DNA of 47,276 nucleotides from a virus (lineage: Duplodnaviria; Caudoviricetes): positions 1-47,276 of IMG/VR virus record IMGVR_UViG_3300038379_000405, one strand, 5' to 3'. The translations under genes were made by a program, and so were the position numbers. Shown one piece after another: positions 1-8,423 of this stretch. Each line of letters opens with the position of its first letter. Position 1 is the stretch's first letter. The notes below the pieces were generated by a model that searched no databases, was not told the DNA's origin, and was given only the letters and a program-made list of their open reading frames with translations.

Positions 1-45
1 TGGGACCCGGACGACGGCAACTTCTACATCAAGGTCGAGGAGTAA
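1..45 (+). CDS. 3' end fragment of the beta-helix/FN3 minor tail gene (full copy 41852-43882)
   Basis: Translates WDPDDGNFYIKVEE*, identical to the C-terminus of 41852..43882. Confidence 0.85.
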   Translation, partial: WDPDDGNFYIKVEE

Positions 46-48
46 CCG

Positions 49-450
49 ATGGCATCAGCATCCGACTACGTTGAGCAGGCAACCCTCGACTTCTGGTTCG
101 ACCAGGACACGATCACCGCCCCAGCCACCTACTACGTGGCGGTGTTCACCACCGCATCCTCCGACTCGGCCGGTGGCACCGAACCGTCGGGGAACGCCTA
201 CGCCAGGGTGGCGAAGACGAACGGCGCGACCGACTGGTCCCGCACCGGTTCGGTGTTGTCGAACGCCACCGCGATCACGTTCCCGGCCCCCACCCCGAAC
301 GCGTGGGGGACGTTGACCCACTGGGGTCTGTTCGACGCGGCGACCGACGGGAACCTCATGTTCCACGCGCCCCTCACCAACTCACGGTCAACCACCGCCG
401 GCGTCGCCGTCACCTTCTCGGTCGGCGCCCTCACCATCAGCGTCGACTAG
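49..450 (+). CDS. Small virion/tail-fibre-associated protein
   Basis: 133 aa; YVAVFT..GGTEPSG..YARV..NATAITFP..WGTLTHWGLFDAAT.GN pattern typical of small phage tail fibre proteins; paralog of 27094..27486. Confidence 0.7.
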   Translation: MASASDYVEQATLDFWFDQDTITAPATYYVAVFTTASSDSAGGTEPSGNAYARVAKTNGATDWSRTGSVLSNATAITFPAPTPNAWGTLTHWGLFDAATDGNLMFHAPLTNSRSTTAGVAVTFSVGALTISVD

Positions 451-465
451 CCGCACGAACGCGCG

Positions 466-2274
466 ATGGCGCTGACACCCGACACCCTCCTCACCCCCGA
501 CACCTTCCTCACCCCCGACGGGGAGATCGTCACCCCGGTGGAGGTGACGTTCACCGCCACCGGTGACCTCACGTTCGTCCCGGAGGAGGTGAGCGTCAAC
601 GCCGACCTGGTGTTCAGCGGGTGGGCGACCGGTGCGGCCGCCCCCGAGGATGCGGTGCTGGCCGGCTCATCGGCGGGCAGCCAGGACCGCCGCCCCCAGG
701 TGATGGTCCTATTGAGGGCGGCGGACGGTGACTGGTTGTCGGTCGGCACCGCCGCCGCCGCCGGTGTGTTCCCCGAACAGGTGACGACGTCGGCGAACGA
801 GTCGGGGCCGGACACCTGCTCGTTCGTGTTGCGCCGCCGCCCGGGGTTGGGGTGGCCGGACCTCACCGCCTTCAACCAGGCGGAGATCCTGATCGACGGG
901 TCCCCCGTGTGGGGTGGCCGCATCTGGGAGGCGCCGCTGTCGAGCGGTGGCGAGGACGTCATCGCCGTCCAGGGCCGCGGGTGGCAGTACCACCTCGACG
1001 ACGACGTCATCGCCCGCGTCTACGCCCACACCAACCTCACCGACTACCGCGACCACCGTCAGGCCGACCCCTCATCCGACCTCACCCTCCACACCGCCGG
1101 CGCGAACGTCCAGGCCAGCGGCGGGCTGATCCAACTGATCTGGCCGGCCCTGTACACCGTCGCCCTCAACCACGTAATCCACATCATCTTCGACGCCGGT
1201 GTCGCCCGCCTGCGGCGCGCCGTCGTCACCTGGGAGCGGATCGGGGTGAGCGCCAGCGACATCACCCTCTACAGCCGCGGCAGCGACCTCCTGTCGGGGG
1301 CGTCGGGGGATGACGGCACCGCCGCCCAGTCCTCAGCGTCCGGGACGATCAGCCACACCTTCTCCGCCGACCGGCGCTACCACCACGTGTTCCTCTACTA
1401 CGGTGGGGCCGGTGGGGCGTTCGGCCAGGACCAGGGCGTGCGGATCACCAGCATCAAGACGTTCGGGTCCGCCTCCTGGGAGTCGGGTGGCGTGTCGGTC
1501 CTCACCTCCGACGACGTCATCGGCAACGTGTTGGCGAGCGGCGCCGTCCCCCTCCTGTCCACCGACACCAGCCTCATCGCCGCCGGTTCGTTCGCGATCC
1601 CAGACCTCGCCCCCAACGGGTACCAGACGCCACGCCAGCTGATCGCCGCCGCCAACGCCTACGAGGGCAACCTCGTCGGCGTCGACGCCCAACGGGTCCT
1701 GTTCAGCCGCGAACGCGACACCGTCGCCACCGTGGAGGCGAACCCCACCGGCGGGTTCGCATTCCAGGACGCCACCTCCAACTCGGCGGAGGAGATCTAC
1801 AACCGGGTGGTCGTCCAGGGCACCGCCCCCGACGGCACCCCCGTCCTGGAGGTGCGGACCGCCACCAGCAGCCTGCTCACCCGGCAGGGGTTCACCCGCA
1901 CCGCCACCCTCAACGTGTCATCCGCCGTCACCGCCGCCGCCGCACAGGTGTTGGGTGACGTGTGGCTCGCCCAGTATTCGCAGCCGAAGTTCAAGGGGAC
2001 CGCCACCTTCCAGGGACACGGATCCGTCCGCCTCACCAACGGTGGCGGCATCCACCCATCCCAGCTCGTCCTGTTCGCCGGCCGCCTCATCCGCATCCCG
2101 ATCGTCGACCCGGCGACGGGGGCGTGGACGCGGGACTGCCTCATCAAAGCCGTCCGTTACGACCATGACTCCGAGACGGCGGTGGTGGAGCTCGACAACG
2201 AACGCGGGAACTTCGCGACCCTCCTCGAGCGGTACGGTGTCGATGTCGGCCAGTCGTTGGCGAGGACTGGATGA
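466..2274 (+). CDS. Minor tail protein (tail-tip/hub-like)
   Basis: 602 aa; VWGGRI, GRGWQYHLDD and IYNRVVVQG motifs typical of siphovirus tail-tip proteins; last gene before lysis module. Confidence 0.65.
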   Translation: MALTPDTLLTPDTFLTPDGEIVTPVEVTFTATGDLTFVPEEVSVNADLVFSGWATGAAAPEDAVLAGSSAGSQDRRPQVMVLLRAADGDWLSVGTAAAAGVFPEQVTTSANESGPDTCSFVLRRRPGLGWPDLTAFNQAEILIDGSPVWGGRIWEAPLSSGGEDVIAVQGRGWQYHLDDDVIARVYAHTNLTDYRDHRQADPSSDLTLHTAGANVQASGGLIQLIWPALYTVALNHVIHIIFDAGVARLRRAVVTWERIGVSASDITLYSRGSDLLSGASGDDGTAAQSSASGTISHTFSADRRYHHVFLYYGGAGGAFGQDQGVRITSIKTFGSASWESGGVSVLTSDDVIGNVLASGAVPLLSTDTSLIAAGSFAIPDLAPNGYQTPRQLIAAANAYEGNLVGVDAQRVLFSRERDTVATVEANPTGGFAFQDATSNSAEEIYNRVVVQGTAPDGTPVLEVRTATSSLLTRQGFTRTATLNVSSAVTAAAAQVLGDVWLAQYSQPKFKGTATFQGHGSVRLTNGGGIHPSQLVLFAGRLIRIPIVDPATGAWTRDCLIKAVRYDHDSETAVVELDNERGNFATLLERYGVDVGQSLARTG

Positions 2275-2318
2275 CCACCCCACCCGGTGCCGCGGTGAGC
2301 GGTGGGGCGGCCCAGTGA

Positions 2319-2555
2319 ATGGACGACCCACGGGACAGGTTCTTCAAGCCGCCGCCGGAGCAGCGCCCGCGACGGATGCCGGTCTACGACGTGCTGTGGA
2401 AGCGGGTCACCCAGGCGGTCGGCCTGCTGATCGCCGTCGTCGAGTTCACGGTCGCATCGGCGGCGGGCCGGCCGGTGGACCAGAACGTCCTCCTGTTCGC
2501 AGCGATGCTGATCGGCCTCCCCCTCGCGGCACGCCGTGGTGGCGGCGGCACGTGA
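2319..2555 (+). CDS. Small membrane protein (lysis region)
   Basis: 78 aa, two hydrophobic segments; conserved in second copy 46156..46389. Confidence 0.65.
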   Translation: MDDPRDRFFKPPPEQRPRRMPVYDVLWKRVTQAVGLLIAVVEFTVASAAGRPVDQNVLLFAAMLIGLPLAARRGGGGT

Positions 2556-2628
2556 CCCTCATCGTCTACCTCGCGGTGTTCGCCGTCGCCCAGGTCGTCG
2601 TCGTCCTCCACCGGATGGGGGTGGTCCT

Positions 2629-2975
2629 GTGAGGAAACCATCGTCCCGCGCGGTCGACATGTCCGCCCACGTCGTCGGCGTCGTCGCCCTCGTAGCGATC
2701 CTCACGGTGTTCGTGTTCGGCACAAGCAGGGACGACAACCAGGACGACAACCGCCGCGACATCGCCTGCGCGAACGTCAGGTTCAGCGCCCGCCTCGTCA
2801 GCTACTTCGACGGCCGCTCATCCTCATCGACAGACGCATCGGCACCCCCGACGAGCTGTCCACCGACCGCCAGGACCGCCGGAACCTCACCGAACTGCTC
2901 ATCGCATCCCAGGGGCTCGGGGCGGACCTCGACGGGGTGTGCGGTCCGCTGCCACCACTCGAAAAGGACCCGTGA
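2629..2975 (+). pseudogene. Frameshifted copy of membrane-anchored protein (intact at 46463..46810)
   Basis: 347 nt versus 348 nt for the intact copy; restoring one C near 2817 gives ...GRLILIDRRIG...CGPLPPLEKDP*, colinear with ...GRLDRVDERIG...CGPLPQLDKEP*. May be a sequencing error. Confidence 0.7.
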
Positions 2976-2977
2976 GA

Positions 2978-3706
2978 ATGCACACCTACCGGTCGCTGCC
3001 GGCGGCCCACACCAGCGGACCCCGTCCCGCGCCACCCACCCTCGTCGTCGTCCACTGCACCCAGGGGGCGACGGCTGAGGGGGCGGCCCGCTGGTTCGCG
3101 AACCCCCGTTCCGCCGGGAGCGCCCAAGTGGTCGTCGACGACCATGAAGTGTGGCGGTGCGTCGACGACATGGTCATCGCCTGGCACGCCGTCGGCCACA
3201 ACACCATCGGACTCGGCCTCGAGATCGCCGGGTTCGCCCAATGGACCCGTCAGGAGTGGATGGAACACCAGCCGCGCCTCACCGAAGCCGCCCGCATCCA
3301 CGCCGGCTGGAACGTGAAGTACGGGATTCCACTAGTGGAGTCCACCAGCCGCGGCTACCACAGCCACGCCGGCCTCCCCGGCAACACCCATTGGGACCCC
3401 GGCCCCAACTTCCCATGGGACTTCTATCTCGGGGAGGTCCGCCGATACCTCGCGATCCCCAGCGAACCAGGCCCCAGGCCGTATGGCCGGTCGCTTCGCC
3501 TCTACCTCCCCAACGGCAAACGATACGGGGGGTGGACGACGGAGGAATCCGCCGGGTTCGACGGCCCAGCCCTCGGCCCCCTCAAGTGGTTGGCACGGCA
3601 GGATGCGGCGAAGCCGGGAACCGTCCTCACATGGCGTGGCGGCCGATTCGACAAACCCGATGACCTCCCCATGGTCGCCGCGACGATCCTCAACCGAACG
3701 GAGTGA
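2978..3706 (+). CDS. Endolysin, N-acetylmuramoyl-L-alanine amidase (Amidase_2-like)
   Basis: VVVHCT, AWHA, IGLGLEIAG, H..H.DPG..FPW zinc-amidase motifs; ATG at 2978. Confidence 0.9.
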   Translation: MHTYRSLPAAHTSGPRPAPPTLVVVHCTQGATAEGAARWFANPRSAGSAQVVVDDHEVWRCVDDMVIAWHAVGHNTIGLGLEIAGFAQWTRQEWMEHQPRLTEAARIHAGWNVKYGIPLVESTSRGYHSHAGLPGNTHWDPGPNFPWDFYLGEVRRYLAIPSEPGPRPYGRSLRLYLPNGKRYGGWTTEESAGFDGPALGPLKWLARQDAAKPGTVLTWRGGRFDKPDDLPMVAATILNRTE

Positions 3707-3710
3707 ACTA

Positions 3711-4010
3711 GTGAGTGACCAGACGACCCCCACCATCGGCCTCGGGACCGTCAGCGCCATCGGTGGCGTCATCGCAGCCGGGGCGGCGTTCCTCACCGCC
3801 GCCATCGACGCCGGGTTGGATGACACCCCCTTCTACAGTGACCCAGGGGTGACCACCCTGTTCGTCACGTTCATCGGTGCTGTCGCCGCCCTGTTCGCCG
3901 GCCGGTCCTACCAGGCGGGGAAGCTCACCGAAGCCGCCGCCCCGCCGCCCCCCGCGAACGTCGAGGTGGATGGCCTGCCGGTGGACGCCCATGAGGGGGA
4001 GACCCTCTAG
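3711..4010 (+). CDS. Putative holin
   Basis: 99 aa with two transmembrane-like segments, directly after the endolysin. Confidence 0.6.
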   Translation: MSDQTTPTIGLGTVSAIGGVIAAGAAFLTAAIDAGLDDTPFYSDPGVTTLFVTFIGAVAALFAGRSYQAGKLTEAAAPPPPANVEVDGLPVDAHEGETL

Positions 4011-4029
4011 GCCGCTCCCCGGCTCAAGG

Positions 4030-4065
4030 TTGACTAGTCCCGTGGCGACAGGTACCGTGGTCGCC
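4030..4065 (+). promoter_or_regulatory. Sigma70-type promoter with overlapping inverted repeat (candidate operator)
   Basis: TTGACT(4030-35)-17 nt-TACCGT(4053-58); GGCGAC(4044-49)-N10-GTCGCC(4060-65); ATG 8 nt after the -10. Confidence 0.65.
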
Positions 4066-4066
4066 G

Positions 4067-4321
4067 ATGACGAAGGAAACGCCCCTCCGCCGCATCCGTA
4101 AGGAACGCGGCCTCACCGTCGAACAACTCGCGGTGAAAGCCGGGACGGCATCGGCGACGGTGTACCGCGCAGAACGCGGGGAACGCCGGCCGACCGACGA
4201 GACGTTCGCCGCACTCGCGGACGCCCTCGGCGTGGACATCGTCGACCTGCGTGAAACGGCACCAGCCCCGACGGACGCCTCCCAGCGTTCACCCGTCGGG
4301 GCCGAAGCGAACGGAGACTAG
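4067..4321 (+). CDS. XRE/Cro-like helix-turn-helix regulator
   Basis: LRRIRKERGLTVEQLAVKAGTASATVYRAERGERRP..LADALGV, classic HTH_3 pattern. Confidence 0.9.
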   Translation: MTKETPLRRIRKERGLTVEQLAVKAGTASATVYRAERGERRPTDETFAALADALGVDIVDLRETAPAPTDASQRSPVGAEANGD

Positions 4322-4327
4322 CAACCC

Positions 4328-4762
4328 ATGATCCGGGCCCTCCTGATCCTGGACGCGGCGACGGAGATCCCCGCCCTCGCGTTCCGGATGGACGAACCCA
4401 CCAGCGACGCCATCCGCGACCCACACCCCGGCCTCACCACAGCCGCCGGTGGGATGTTGACGGCCGGTGTCCTCGCCCGCGGCGGGTTCGGCCGCACCGA
4501 CGCCGACCACCACCGCTACGTCTGCCTCATCCGGGCGAACGGCGACCAGTCGTTCCGGGCGGAAGTCGACCCGTACAAGTGGGATGACCTGACGATGACC
4601 TGCGCCCACCGGTGGCTCCTCGACCACTTGGAGGAACACCCGCCGGGTGGCGCCCTCGACGTGGAGCCGCTCCGCCTCGAGATGGTGCGTGGGCGGCAGC
4701 AGGTGGAGTCCGCCTGGTCGGCGGGGGCGCATGACCATGACGACCCGGGGAGTGTGGCGTGA
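4328..4762 (+). CDS. Hypothetical protein
   Basis: 144 aa, operon-like spacing, GTGA coupling to next gene. Confidence 0.6.
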   Translation: MIRALLILDAATEIPALAFRMDEPTSDAIRDPHPGLTTAAGGMLTAGVLARGGFGRTDADHHRYVCLIRANGDQSFRAEVDPYKWDDLTMTCAHRWLLDHLEEHPPGGALDVEPLRLEMVRGRQQVESAWSAGAHDHDDPGSVA

Positions 4763-5070
4763 GGGACCTGATCGACATCCTCCGCGGCTTCCGCGACGAG
4801 GCCGACGCCACCCGTCGGAGACAGTGGGGAACCGAAGACCTGCCGCAGCTCCGCGAGCGGTTCAGCCTGTGGCGGCGGCTGCGCCGAGTGGCGAGGGACA
4901 ACGCCCGCGATGCGCGACGCGCCCTCCGGGCCACCGAGGACCCGAAACGCGGCCACGTCGTGAACCGGGTCGCTCCGAGCCTACGTAAAGAGCGGTCCGT
5001 CCCAAATGGTGGCCCGAGAAACATCCGCCGGTCGATGGCAGTCTGGCATGACGTGAAGGAGCGGCGGTGA
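4759..5070 (+). CDS. Hypothetical basic protein
   Basis: 103 aa, overlapping start/stop at both ends. Confidence 0.55.
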   Translation: MRDLIDILRGFRDEADATRRRQWGTEDLPQLRERFSLWRRLRRVARDNARDARRALRATEDPKRGHVVNRVAPSLRKERSVPNGGPRNIRRSMAVWHDVKERR

Positions 5071-5849
5071 TGGAGCCGGCCGTGAATACCCTCCCCGCAG
5101 ACCTCCGCCTCGCCAGGGGCAGCCACCATCCACCGAACGGTGGGTTTGAGGCGTGTGTGATGGAGGCCGTCGCCTACGTCGCCGGTGAGCCGTGGACGGA
5201 CCACCCGAAGTGCGCGAGCCCCGTGATCGGGGCGTTCCTCCGCTCCTGGAACGACGCGATGAACGATGATGACCGGCAGATGCTCCTGCCGCTCATCCCG
5301 CGTCTGGTCGGCACGGCCTCCACCAGGGATGTGGAGGGGCGGCGGGCGTGGATGGCGACCGACTGGCTGGTCCGGGAGTGCGCCCCCGCGTGGCTCCGGT
5401 TGGCCGGCCTGAACGACCACGCCCACACGCTGGAGCAGCTCGCCGCACTCACCGACGCATCCTCGGCGCGTGCGGCGCAGCCGACGATCGTGGAGGCCCG
5501 GAAGGCCGGGGACGCCGCCTGGGCCGCCGCCAGGGCCGCCGCCAGGGCCGCCGCCTGGGACGCCGCCATGGCCACCGCCTGGGACGCCGCCATGGCCGCC
5601 GCCGGGGACGCCGCCTGGGCCGCCGCCTGGGCCGCCGCCTGGGACGCCGCCATGACCACCGCCGGGGACGCCGCCTGGGCCGCCGCCTGGGCCGCCGCCG
5701 GGGACGCCGCCTGGGACGCCGCCTGGGCCGCCGCCAGGGCCGCCGCCTGGGACGCCGCCTGGGCCGCCGCCTGGGCCGCCCTCCAGCCGACCGTCAACGC
5801 CCTGCAGGTGTCAGCACTCACCCTAGTGGACCGGATGGTGGAGGCGTGA
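5067..5849 (+). CDS. Phage protein with AW(A/D)A tetrapeptide repeats
   Basis: N-terminal L..GSH....ACVMEAVAY..GEPWTDHP.C domain followed by Ala/Trp repeat tract. Confidence 0.8.
   Translation: MMEPAVNTLPADLRLARGSHHPPNGGFEACVMEAVAYVAGEPWTDHPKCASPVIGAFLRSWNDAMNDDDRQMLLPLIPRLVGTASTRDVEGRRAWMATDWLVRECAPAWLRLAGLNDHAHTLEQLAALTDASSARAAQPTIVEARKAGDAAWAAARAAARAAAWDAAMATAWDAAMAAAGDAAWAAAWAAAWDAAMTTAGDAAWAAAWAAAGDAAWDAAWAAARAAAWDAAWAAAWAALQPTVNALQVSALTLVDRMVEA
5505..5780 (+). repeat. 12-bp coding tandem repeat (GCCGCCTGGGAC variants)
   Basis: About 23 units encoding AWAA/AWDA/AGDA/ARAA/AMAA. Confidence 0.9.
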
Positions 5850-6004
5850 TGGAGCCGGTGAACCCGATCATCAGCGTCCGCCACGCCCGCCGCCGCCGCG
5901 GCCGCCGCCTCACCGCCACCATCCTGTTCCTCGCGACCCTCACCATCGCCTACCTGGCGTTCGACCGGGCCGCCTACTGGATCGCGACGACCATCAATGG
6001 GTGA
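5849..6004 (+). CDS. Small membrane protein
   Basis: 51 aa, Arg-rich stretch then hydrophobic helix; coupled to neighbours. Confidence 0.55.
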   Translation: MEPVNPIISVRHARRRRGRRLTATILFLATLTIAYLAFDRAAYWIATTING

Positions 6005-6803
6005 CCTCATCAAACGCCCCGTCCGCCGCCGCAACCACGGCCGCGGCCACAGCTACATCGACGCCGACGGCCGCAAAATCCCCGGCGTCACCACCGTCAT
6101 CAGCAACGGCACCCCGAAACAGTCCCTCATCGAGTGGGCGGGGAACGCCACCGCCGCCTACGCCGTCGACCACTGGGACGAACTCGCCGAACTCCCCCCC
6201 TCCCAACGGTTGAAGAAGCTGCAGCGAGCCCGCTACGAGGACCGCGACGCCGCCGCCAACCGCGGCACCCAGGTCCACGAACTCGCCGAGCAACTGGTCC
6301 ACGGGGAGGAAGTCACCGTCCCCGACGAGCTCGCCGGCCACGTCGAGTCGTACATCCGGTTCCTCGACGACTGGGATGTGGAACCGATCCACACCGAGTT
6401 CGTCGTCGTCAGCTACCGGTACGGGTGGGCGGGAACCGGGGACCTCATCGCCAGCCTCCGCCACCCCACAGACCCCGACGCCAGGGTGACATGGGGACTC
6501 GACATCAAAACGTCGCGGTCGGGGATCTTCGGGGAGACGGCATGGCAGGAAGCCGGGTATTTCCTCGGGTCCGACGCGATCATCGACGGTGACGGTGGCG
6601 AACACCCCATCCCGGACTGCGAACGGTTCGGGGCCGTCCACGTCCGCGCCGACGGCTACAGCCTCATCCCCCTCGAGGTCGGGCCGCAGCAACTCACTGA
6701 GCTGCGGTACATCGCCGAAGTCGCGAAAGCCGCGGAACACGCCGGCGACTATGTCGGCGCCCCCCTCGACCCGCCCGCCCGCCGGAAGGACGCCGCCGCA
6801 TGA
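5997..6803 (+). CDS. PD-(D/E)XK exonuclease (RecE/Cas4-like phage exonuclease)
   Basis: PGVTT, RGTQVH, E..V, AGTGDL, DIKTS motifs; precedes RecT-like gene. Confidence 0.8.
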   Translation: MGDLIKRPVRRRNHGRGHSYIDADGRKIPGVTTVISNGTPKQSLIEWAGNATAAYAVDHWDELAELPPSQRLKKLQRARYEDRDAAANRGTQVHELAEQLVHGEEVTVPDELAGHVESYIRFLDDWDVEPIHTEFVVVSYRYGWAGTGDLIASLRHPTDPDARVTWGLDIKTSRSGIFGETAWQEAGYFLGSDAIIDGDGGEHPIPDCERFGAVHVRADGYSLIPLEVGPQQLTELRYIAEVAKAAEHAGDYVGAPLDPPARRKDAAA

Positions 6804-7843
6804 CCGAGCTCGCCCGCATCGACGAACCCCCACGGGCCGTCACCGTCCAGTCCACACGCGACACCGTCGACGGGTGGCTCCCCATGTTCGAGCCGGTCGC
6901 GAAACTGGCGGTGGACATCGCCCAAACCGAGTTCGTCCCCCAGGGGCTGCGGGGGAAGCCCGCGGCGATCACCGCCGCGATCCTCTACGGCCGGGAGATC
7001 GGCCTCGGCCCCATCCAGTCCCTCCAGTCGGTGGACGTGATCGACGGGCGTCCCGCGATCAGCGCGGAGATGGCACGGGCCCTCGCCCTCGCCGCCGGCC
7101 ACGAGCTGTTCGTCGAGGAGTCGACGACGCAGCGCTGCGTCGTCCGGGGGCGCCGGGTGAACAGCCGCGAATGGGTGCAGATCACCTGGACGATGGACGA
7201 CGCGAAGCGCGCCGGCCTGGACGGCCGCCAGAACTGGCGGAAGCACCCGCGGCGGATGCTGCAGGCCCGCGCGACCTCTGAGCTGTGCCACCTCCTGTTC
7301 AGCGACGCGATCGGTGGGATGCCGTTCACGTTGGAGGAGATCGCCGACGACAGCGACGCAGCCGGGGCGATCGGTGCTGGCGCCGAGCAGGCGGGCGGTC
7401 GCACCGCCCAGCGAAGCCGGCGCCAGCGCCCAACCCCCGTGCCGACACCCGCCACCGACGATGGAGGCGCGCCACCGCTCCCCGGGGATGAGCCATCCGA
7501 GGAGCCCGCCGCGGCGCAGCAGCCCGCAACCGACCAGGTGGAGCCGGTCACCGGCGCCCAGGTCACCAAGCTGCAGACCACCTACGGGGCCCTCGGCATC
7601 AAGTCCCGTGACGACAAACTGATGGTCGCCCGGAAGATCATCGGCCGGGACGACCTCGCGACGTCGAAGGAACTGACGAAGGAAGAGGCGTCGGTCATCA
7701 TCGACACCCTCGAGCGTGTCGCCGACGCCCCCGACCCGAAGGAACGGCTCGCCGCGATCTTCGACGCGACCGACGCCGCGGACGCCCAGGCCGCCGCCGG
7801 TGGCGACCAGGGGACCCTCCCACTGGAGGGTGGCGGCAAGTGA
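6800..7843 (+). CDS. RecT-like single-strand annealing protein
   Basis: FVP..LRGKP..ILYGREIGL.P..SL..I.VIDGRP, WT.DDAKRAGL..NW.K.PR.ML.ARA pattern of actinophage RecT-like proteins. Confidence 0.8.
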   Translation: MTELARIDEPPRAVTVQSTRDTVDGWLPMFEPVAKLAVDIAQTEFVPQGLRGKPAAITAAILYGREIGLGPIQSLQSVDVIDGRPAISAEMARALALAAGHELFVEESTTQRCVVRGRRVNSREWVQITWTMDDAKRAGLDGRQNWRKHPRRMLQARATSELCHLLFSDAIGGMPFTLEEIADDSDAAGAIGAGAEQAGGRTAQRSRRQRPTPVPTPATDDGGAPPLPGDEPSEEPAAAQQPATDQVEPVTGAQVTKLQTTYGALGIKSRDDKLMVARKIIGRDDLATSKELTKEEASVIIDTLERVADAPDPKERLAAIFDATDAADAQAAAGGDQGTLPLEGGGK

Positions 7844-8235
7844 CCAGCATGGCCGGTGCGGTGCGGGGCGACGCTGCGCTGGCCGGCGGGCGGCGGCCCG
7901 ACCCCGCCGCCTGCCACGAACGGGTGGGGACGCTCCCCCTTGCGTCCCCACCTGAGCCGCGGCCGAACCGGGACCCCGGCCGCGGTCCGACCGGGGAGGG
8001 CACCATCCAGCCCTCCCCGCGTCGGGGAGGATCACACCGCCGCTACACCAACTGGCAGATGCTCCAAGCCCTCCGCCACTTCCACACTGAGCACGGGCGG
8101 GTCCCCACCCAACCGGACTTCAACATCCGCCGGCCGAACACCAGCAGCTACAAACGGCGGTTCGGGTCCTGGGGGGATGCGATCCGCGCCGCCGGGATGG
8201 TCCCCGCCCACGGGCGGACGAGGAAACGGGCGTGA
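7840..8235 (+). CDS. Protein with homing-endonuclease-associated repeat domain
   Basis: C-terminal YT...ML.AL..F..EHGR.PT..DF...P....Y.RRFGSW..AI.AAG; start uncertain. Confidence 0.6.
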   Translation: MTSMAGAVRGDAALAGGRRPDPAACHERVGTLPLASPPEPRPNRDPGRGPTGEGTIQPSPRRGGSHRRYTNWQMLQALRHFHTEHGRVPTQPDFNIRRPNTSSYKRRFGSWGDAIRAAGMVPAHGRTRKRA

Positions 8236-8423
8236 CGGTGGCGTCCGCCCCACAGATGGCGTCAGCCCGAAGCGTGAACGCCCTGCCATACCCGAACGGG
8301 GCGTGGGTGCCATGCCCCTGGTGCGCCGGCCAACGCCGGTTCCGCACCCACGTCGACGGTGTCACCCACCCCGCCTGGATCCCCTGCGGCTGGTGTTTCG
8401 GCACCGGGGAGACGTACCGGTGA
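8232..8423 (+). CDS. Small zinc-finger protein
   Basis: CPWCAG...CGWCFGTG (DnaJ-like CxxCxG pairs). Confidence 0.6.
   Translation: MTVASAPQMASARSVNALPYPNGAWVPCPWCAGQRRFRTHVDGVTHPAWIPCGWCFGTGETYR

Larger units (their letters stand above)
1..3443. repeat. Diverged direct terminal repeat, copy 1 (pairs with 43838-47276)
   Basis: Same genes at offset ~43837; nt 1-122 identical to 43838-43959 and 3337-3443 identical to 47170-47276; many substitutions in between. Confidence 0.95.

Noticed and set aside
472-520. LTPDT 18-bp triple repeat at the minor tail N-terminus
   Set aside because: Short coding repeat, conserved at protein level in both alleles; no sign of a separate function
466-2274. Diversity-generating retroelement (template/variable repeat pair with 44303..46111)
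   Set aside because: No reverse transcriptase; differences are not adenine-specific, are largely synonymous and extend over 3.4 kb
5997-6803. Cas4 as part of the RAMP/array system
   Set aside because: It lies 9 kb away, lacks an evident four-Cys cluster and is paired with a RecT-like gene, so it is best read as an ordinary recombination exonuclease
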